This document shows positions 1 to 64,000 of a stretch of 64,000 nucleotides of DNA, one piece after another (within the stretch, counting starts at the first letter, position 1; each line of letters starts with the position of its first letter). Under the pieces are notes generated by a model, which was not told where the DNA came from, made no database searches, and saw only the letters and a list, made by a program, of their open reading frames with translations. Source of the DNA: Octopus vulgaris (taxonomy: Eukaryota); contig OX597821.1 of NCBI GenBank assembly GCA_951406725.2, positions 113,150,001-113,214,000 of the forward strand, written 5' to 3'. A program made the position numbers and the translations under genes.

Positions 1-1406
1 TCTTTCACCCAAATTCACTCACAAGATTTTGGCCAGTCCGGAGTTATGAAAGACATTTGTCTAAGGTATCTCACAGTGGAACTGAACCCAAGACCACATG
101 GCTGGGAAGCAAGCTTCTTAGCTACACAGCCACACCTGTGTCTATAGGTGTCTATTCATCTGCAAAATTAAACAAAGAATTCTGTGTGAAACAAGAATAT
201 TTAAAATTAATTTACTGTTGATGTAATCATCATCATCATACATCCATTTTCCATGCTGGAATGAGTTGGATGGTTTGTCTGGGGTCTGGGAAGCCAGGAG
301 GCTGCACAAGGCTCCAGTCTGAAATATTTAAATATTTTTCAAATCACAGTCCCACGTGGAATCTGAAATTCCTTTGTGACTGATTTTTTTTTTCCTTCTC
401 TGCATCTCATTGCATTTATCACCTTGTTACTCCTCTCCGGAAAATAGGGGACATCTTTTGGTACCTGTCATACATGAGTCAGCTGTCTGTTAGTGTCTCA
501 GATGGTTAAATGGCTCCTCCCTCATCCTTTACTTTTTAGGAAGTGATAATGTTCTGTATGATGATGATGATACTGGGATCAAATATTTTTGTAACCCTAG
601 GAAACCATCAAATGTTTAATTTGTGTGTGTGTGTTTGTGTGTGTGTGTGTGCGTGCATGCGTATGAATGTTTTATCTGGTTGTAAATGAACATGTGTGTA
701 TGTATGTGTTTGTGAGTATGCATGTGGGAATGTGTGTCTGTGTGGATGTGTGTTTATGCATGTATGTATTTGAATGCAATGGTGTGTGATTGTGTGGGTG
801 GATCGTATGCATGGATGTGTATGAATGTGAGTGTGTGTGTGTATATATGCTTGGAATGTTCTTTGATATGATTCACCCAAAGGTAAAAAAAAAAAAAAAA
901 GAAAGAAAAAATTTTTTAAATAACAAAAATAAATAAATAAAGCAGACATTTAAAAATCAATATAATTGAATGAGGCCATTACTGTGTGTCTGTCTGTATG
1001 TCTGGGTGTGGCTGAAAAGCATTTTATCTCACTGTTTCTGCTGAGAAACAAAATAATAATAATAACAATAATAATAATAATGATAGAAGAAAAGAAATCT
1101 CTAATATTCCTTGATATTGATTTCCATAAAGTTTTTAATTTCTATCACTTTCATATGAGTCTGTATATACAAGTGGATGAGCGTATATGCAAGTGAGTGC
1201 GTAAGCATGCAAGTGAGTGTGTGAGCTGTGTTTCTGTGAGACTAGCTTCTTCTCTTTCTCTCTTGTCTTATATTTCTGTTTATCCAGCCTCCATTTATCA
1301 TTTATATAAAAAGATATATCATTTTACTACTTCTGAAAATATCTCATTTTACCTTCTTCATAGATTTAAGCAGCTTTTCTGGGGTTTTTTTCCTGCATAA
1401 TAATTC

Positions 1407-1413
1407 TATATAT

Positions 1414-1484
<71 letters not shown>

Positions 1485-1498
1485 TATATATATACTAC

Positions 1499-1593
<95 letters not shown>

Positions 1594-1759
1594 TATATAT
1601 ACACACATATATATATATACATATACATATATATATATATACATACATATATATATTACATATATATATATATATATATATGTATATACATATATATATA
1701 TGTATATACATATATATATATATACATATATATATATGTATATACATACATATATATAT

Positions 1760-1827
<68 letters not shown>
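1407..1827. repeat. (TA)n/(TACA)n microsatellite
   Basis: Seen directly. Confidence 0.97.
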
Positions 1828-1831
<4 letters not shown>

Positions 1832-2225
1832 ATGATTTTTACAATATATGTCATTTAACAGAAAAAACTGGTTTTTCAGCTTTAGTTGTAACCATATCTT
1901 CTTTTATTTTTCCTATTTTCTTCCTACCTTGTTTTACTCACACACACACACACACACATAAATAAGCACACACAAACTGCTAAACACACATACACACATA
2001 TTCACTCACGCACACATTCCAGCGTAGACACCCTGTTTAGCACCCAGAAAGTCAACCCTCATCAACCTATGTGCTATTTATTCGTTTATTCGAACATTTT
2101 CCGGTTCTCGAAATGACTGTTTATCTCGGCCAACAGTTGTCATTTTAGTTATTCATTACCCTTCACTTAAAGTTTACCCTTCATTAATGACTTATTAAAG
2201 TTTTCAAGATAATTGTACTCTTACA

Positions 2226-2257
<32 letters not shown>

Positions 2258-2413
2258 TAACTGCATATTCACATGCATGCATACAAACATATACATTCGC
2301 ACATACCTTTACAGATTCACACACTCACAAATACTGGTTACAACCATTCACAAGGAGTTCACACGCTTTTTGTACATACAGGCCCACATAATCCATTCTC
2401 ATGCATACTGGCT

Positions 2414-2450
<37 letters not shown>

Positions 2451-2640
2451 ACACATAGGTACACACTCTCTCACACACACACACATCTCGTGTACACATA
2501 CAGGTTTACACACCCACTCACACACATTCTTATGCTCACATTTGCAGGTTAAAGCACACACACACACACACACTCTCTATCTATCTATCTCTCTCTCTCT
2601 CTCTCACTCTCACAAATGAACATTCGTGTGTGTTTGTGTG

Positions 2641-3005
2641 CTCTTCTTTTACCCTTTTACCTGTTTTAGTCATTTGACTGCGACCATACTGGGGCACCAC
2701 CTCTAGTCAAGCAAATCGACCCCAATACTTCTCTTTTGCCGAACCGCTAAGTTATGGGAATATAAACACACCACTATCAGTTGTCAAGCAATGTTAGGGG
2801 GACAAACACAGACACACAAACACACACACATATATACGACGGGTTTCTCTCAGTTTCCCTCTACCAAATCCACTCACAAGGCTTTGGTCGGCCTGAGGCT
2901 ATAATAGAAGACACTTGCCCAAGGTGCCACGCAGTGGGACTGAACCCAGAACAATGTGGTTCGTAAGCAAGCTACTTACCACACAGCCACTCCTACACCT
3001 ACGCA
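2641..3005 (-). mobile_element. tRNA-derived SINE, family A, near full length
   Basis: Head ggagtggctgtgtggtaag...gggttcagtccca (A- and B-box-like), CORE-like ccttgggcaagtgtc, internal (TA/TG)n and a (gtaaaaga)n tail; more than 12 copies in the window. Confidence 0.85.
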
Positions 3006-3373
3006 TATTAGTTTAAGTTCCTTGGCTGTGGCCATACTGGGGCACCTTTATCTTTGATAGTCACATGATAAAGATATTAGAATACTCATTCCATCTGTAT
3101 TTCCTGAAATTGTTATTGTTTAGCACCAGGTCAGCACTTATCAAGGTGACCTTTAATCAGAAGTAGTCCAGCCATGACCATGCCATCTCTTTTTGTTTTT
3201 CTTGCCCAGTATAACTTGGGCTACATGTTCTAATTCACCATGTCCTTTTCTTTAAGAAAGGATCTGATGGGAGATATATTTGGCTGCTATTTCCCGCAAG
3301 TCAAGCAGTTACTCCCTCATTGATTGAAGTGTTAATTATGTCTAGCTTGAACAGTTTTGTCTCAATCAATCAG

Positions 3374-3404
<31 letters not shown>

Positions 3405-4180
3405 TATGTGTGTGTTTGTGTGTGAGGATAAAGAGTTCCCTAGATGAAGCTTCACATTTCTTTAGACTTTAGTTCTTCAAGACTGTGAAATGGGAATTAA
3501 AATTCCTCGTAAACACCATTATTTCTATGATTTATTTTCTCTAAGCTGTACCTAATAAATTTTCAGCTATTCATTAATTGTTTACAGTCAAATTTAATTA
3601 ACCATTTTTCAAACTTAACAATAAACTATTGAAATATCTCTTACAAGAAACTCAGACCAGTTCCATGTTTTCTTGGAATATTTGTTTGTTTGTTTTATAC
3701 AGTGAATGTCATTTATAATAGCATCAAATTCATTATGAAGAAAGTCTTGGAGTCTATTTTCCAAATCATTTAACCTCTTTGATACCAATCTGTTTGAGAT
3801 CATCTTTAGTTCTGTGTTATAAACTTCCTGTTTTAAATTGATCGAAAATAAAAACCTTCCATCAAAATAGCATGTTAATTTATTTTTCCAGGTATTGGTT
3901 TAAGAATAATAATAATAATAATGTTATGTTACCGAATTCTTCGTTATTTTCAAAATTAATCAAAAGAAATACGACATATTTCAACAGACATATCGTAACA
4001 AAAGGGTTAAATTGATATAAATTAAAACCTTGTATCAAAATTTCATGTTAATTTGTTCTAAACACCAACTTAATTATGACAAAGTTACTTTTACTAAATT
4101 CGATATTTTCAAAAATATTTGAAAGAAAGGCAGCATATTTCAACAGAAATATGGTACCGAAATAGTAATGGTGTATATAC

Positions 4181-4740
4181 ATCATCATTATCAGCATCAT
4201 CGTTTAACGTCCATTTTCCATGCTGGCATGGGTTGGACGGTTTGACTGAAGACTGGCAAGCCATGAGGCAGCACCAGGCTCCAATCTGATCTGGCAAGGT
4301 TTCTACAGCTGGATGCCCTTCCTAATGCCAGCCACTCTGAGAGTGTAGTGGGTGTCACCGGCACGATGGGAGCCAGTTAGGTGGCCACGTTCAGATGGTG
4401 TTTTTTTTATGTAACCAGCACAAGAGCTAGTCAGGGCGGGCAGAGGTGGGGGGCTGACATGGACTGCGTTTGGATGATACTTTTTATGTGCAACCGGCAC
4501 GGGGAGCCAGTCAGGCGGCACTGGCAATGACCCACGCTTGAATGATGCTTATTGCATGCCACCAGCATGAGAGCCAATCAGGCGGCACCGGCACAGACGC
4601 TTGCATGAATGGTGCTTATTGTGTGCCGCCAGCACGAGAGCCAGTCAGACGGCACTGGCATCAGCCACAACCACAATTTCCATTTTTGATTGTGATTTGA
4701 TTTTTGATTTTACTAGACTCAATAGGTCTCCTCAAGCACA
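4181..4740 (-). mobile_element. Family C non-autonomous retroposon (RTE-like) with an internal array of about 65-bp units and a (GAT)n tail
   Basis: On -: ggcattaggaagggcatccagctgtagaaa...ccaacccatgccagcatggaaa..ggacgttaaacgatgatgat; more than 20 copies in the window. Confidence 0.8.
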
Positions 4741-6227
4741 GTGTAGCTTTAGATATCTGTAAGTCAGTAAGTTGAGCCTGTATACATACACCTTTTTATA
4801 TGTACATCATTCACAGTTTATATAATATCTCTAAAATATTTACTGGCAATTGATCAGCGAAAGGAACGCCAAGACAAAATGCTTTGTAGTAGTTCATCAT
4901 CAGCATCATCATCATCATAACCACCACCACCCTCATCATCATCATCATCATCCATTTTCTATATTGGCATGGGTTAGACAGTTTTACTGGAACTGGTAAA
5001 CTGGAGAGTTGTACCAGGTTCCAGTCTGGTATCGACTTGGTTTCCACAGCTGGATACCCTTTCTAATGCCACCCACTCCACCGTGTGTGGAGGGTGCCTT
5101 TTATATGTCACCATCACTCTCTGCGACTACGATTTCACTTGACCTGATGAGTTTTCCCAAGCACAGTAAATCACCAAAAGTCATGATCATTTGATATCGC
5201 TTCCGCTGGTTTTTGCCACAATTAGGAATTGGCACTTCTTTATGTTGCTGTCCTCGTCCATATGCAACTGTCCACATCCACAGTTAGTTACAATTATATA
5301 TGGCTACAAGTATGTGCCATGGAAAAAGTCCCATAAGGTTTGAAATGCACTGGGATGAGCTTTCCTCTCCCTCTGATATTTATTTTGTTTTTAACACAGA
5401 AAGTCGATTAGAGATGTTACCTCAGGAAAAATACTGCGGAAACTGGCCTATCAACTGTTTGTATACATTAAGTATTACTACATAGATGGCTATTTTAATC
5501 TTTTCACATTTCAGCTAATTGTACCTGGCTCAAATACTCTACCCTTCTTATGTTGAAACTGGCCAGATCCATCCTCTCACACCTAGCCTACAATGTCTTT
5601 CTGAATGTAAAGTTACATCATTGAAATTTCAGAGTTATGAGATAATGCATGATTAATTCAAAACAATGAGGGATAAATAAGGATTACATTTGGCAGGATA
5701 ATCTGAATCCTGAAGGATTAAAAGCAGAGTATTTCAACAAAAATATGATAATGAAACGATTAAAGCACTGAATTATTGATTAAGATTGTATTTACCTAAC
5801 ACAATGGATATCTGAGGCAGATATTTGTATTTTCATAGGTTAATTATTTTTATATAATGTAAATTTTAAATTTTGCACTGAGGCAAGTGAAATCAAAATC
5901 AATTCGATGACTGGTATCCGTGCTAGCGGGGTGCAAAGAGCACCATACAAGTGTGATCATTGACAGAGCGGCTAACCGGCTTCTGTGCCAGTGGCACATA
6001 AAAGGGCACCATTCAAGTGTCATCATTACCAACATCGCTTCACTGGAGATATATATATATCTCATGAAGTATATTTGCCACTTAAATGTGGCTAACCCCT
6101 AAGGCTGGATGCTATTGTACCTTGTAGCCCCAGGGGGACACCTCCTCCAGCTGGCTATTGACACATTTTCTGTGCCCTATCAGTATTTGCAAAGGGAAGC
6201 CATCCTTCCCGTCTTCAACCTATGATA

Positions 6228-6272
6228 CACACGGACTTGAGTTTCTGGGTATTGACCCATCATCAGCGTGTG
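6228..6272 (-). ncRNA. Minimal type I hammerhead ribozyme (Penelope-like element type), intact core
   Basis: cacacg-CTGATGA-tgggt(caat)accca-GAAA-c(tcaa)g-TC-cgtgtg: perfect 6-bp stem I, perfect 5-bp stem II, GUC cleavage triplet. Confidence 0.85.
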
Positions 6273-6572
6273 ACAATCACAGTTGTCGATGAAAAGTAGG
6301 GTTCCTTCACAAATATATATCCTTTTTCCAGTGACGCAGCCGCACATCTTCACATTAGGCAGACAAAAATTAGAACCAAATATTTATAAGGATTTTTATA
6401 GAATTTAATGTTTCTTTTTTTACTTGTTTTATATGTCTTTTAATGATGATTTTTTTTTTTTTGCTGCTGGGTTGTGGTTATGCTAGGGTATATTTTTCCC
6501 TTTTTCTTCTTCAAAAACCATCTTGTTAACCAATCAACATCAACTAATATTTTGATATTTCTATTTTTGCAG

Positions 6573-62485
<55,913 letters not shown>

Positions 62486-62831
62486 GTAAGCATTAATGTA
62501 TTAGAAATGTAAAATGTCTATCCCCTCAAACAGTAAGACACCTGTTCTTGTCCTTCTATCATGCTTTAACCTCTCATCACCAGACACAAAGTCACACCAT
62601 TCAATACCACTTTGTCCCACCCACTTTAGTCAAGGGGTCCTGTTCTACAAGTTACTCAGTGACCTCACTGGTGCTGGTGCCATTTAAAAAACACTCAGTA
62701 CATTCTATAATGTGGTTGGTGTTAATAAGCAGTAAAAACCATACCAAAGCAGACACTGGAGCTTGGCATGGTTCTCTAGCTTATTAGATCTTGTCAAACC
62801 ATCCAACCCATGCCAGCATGGAAAACAGATG

Positions 62832-63063
62832 TTAACCCTTTTATTACCAAATTCATTTTGAGATGCTCAGTGCTTCTTTCAATTAATCTTAAATATAACA
62901 AAGAATTTAGTAAACTAACTTAGTTATCATTAAGCTAGTGTTTTAAGAACATAAATTGTGACTAAGGTTTGGTGGAAGATTTTAATTGAGAACTTTTGAA
63001 AACAAGACATTTGTACTTGAGAGCCAGAGGTGCTTTCAGCCAGGTTGGTATCAAAAGGGTTAA
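62832..63063 (-). mobile_element. piggyBac-type MITE, subfamily 1, inserted in the TTAA of a family C tail
   Basis: gatgTTAA[MITE]TTAAatggtaatgatgat shows the TTAA duplication. Confidence 0.85.
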
Positions 63064-64000
63064 ATGGTAATGATGATACCTGCATGGGGCTGTTTCCAAT
63101 TCATATATCTCTATAAACTCTCCCTCTTTCTTTCTTTCCCACTCCCTCCTATTTCTAGTCATATGTTTGTCTTACTATTTACTAAAATACTTTCCTTCAG
63201 CTCTAATCTTCTAATTTCATAATCAACATTACCATATTCCTTCTATTTTCAAAGACACAGAGCACTTCTAAGTCTTGCCAACTGAGCTGCATCTGTATCG
63301 TTAAAGATCACTAATAAATTTTATTTTTTTTTGAATGACCACTACCATCATCAAATGGATCTAAAAGCAAATTCTACTCCTAGCTACATCATCATCTTCA
63401 TCTACCAAAAGCTTTGATTGGTTGATATTACTGCAATTATCATGATGGACTTTCTGAGTCCATCATGCATCATTTAAAACCTTGAATCTTGTCTCTGTCG
63501 ATACACATCTCATAGGTGTACCATCAGTTGTAGAATGTATTTTAAGACTAATCAAACCGCCAGAAGTCATACCTTTTCAAACTGTTGCCCACATGTCAAC
63601 AAAACCATCCTGAATTTCATTGTGTTACCCTCTCCTAGAGACACAAGCTATTCCTGCCCTGAGCATTTACTATGAGCCAGACTGGGTCATTTCCGGGCTG
63701 ATAACCTTCATCCTAGACTCACAGTTCCTTGACTCAATGAGGAACTATAAACAGCTAAAATCTTGGTTTGGAGTCTGTAATCTTATTATTGCAGCCACTT
63801 TTAGTCTCAACTGTGGAATAAATTCTATGGACAAGATGCCAAATTCCAATAAACAGAAATTAGTCTTATGTCTTGTTTAACAGGAGTAAAAATGTATTTA
63901 ATTCCAAGTCTCACATGAAAATGGAACATTTGTGACAGAATTCTCTTTGTAATATCAAACATGACTGTCGGGTTATTGTGAATAAAATTAAATTGAATTT

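Noticed and set aside
445-510. GDIFWY.. frame resembling the missing N-terminal GDxxW myosin exon
   Set aside because: The acceptor phase does not fit, the frame stops after about 20 codons, and there is no further similarity.
63270-64000. Next myosin exon or an independent gene (ORF 63620-63880)
   Set aside because: No MyTH4-2-like translation or convincing splice sites were found; probably intronic decayed repeat.

Overview
This is AT-rich, microsatellite- and SINE-dense animal genomic DNA. The repeat families and intron style suggest an octopus or another coleoid cephalopod (inference). The window lies inside one + strand gene encoding unconventional myosin VIIa. I traced 31 consecutive GT-AG coding exons (6573-62485, 4928 nt, about 1640 aa) in one continuous frame: motor domain, 5 IQ motifs, SAH region, MyTH4-1, FERM-1, SH3 and the linker. 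The first exon(s) and the C-terminal MyTH4-FERM lie outside the window. Most ORFs in the supplied track are microsatellite or repeat artefacts. The introns hold three tRNA-derived SINE families, an RTE-like non-autonomous retroposon with an internal tandem array, TTAA-flanked piggyBac-type MITEs (including a composite MITE-spacer-MITE unit present twice), a Helitron-type element, 3' ends of RLE- and CR1-type LINEs, and a slightly decayed tRNA-Ser(AGA). The most notable signal is a set of 8 sequence-unrelated loci carrying hammerhead ribozyme motifs of the Penelope-like minimal type I class. Two have fully intact cores (6228-6272 on -, 46146-46200 on +). Four sit in long head-to-head palindromes with a hammerhead on each strand, and in several of these the arm mismatches are biased to G-U pairs on the host pre-mRNA strand.
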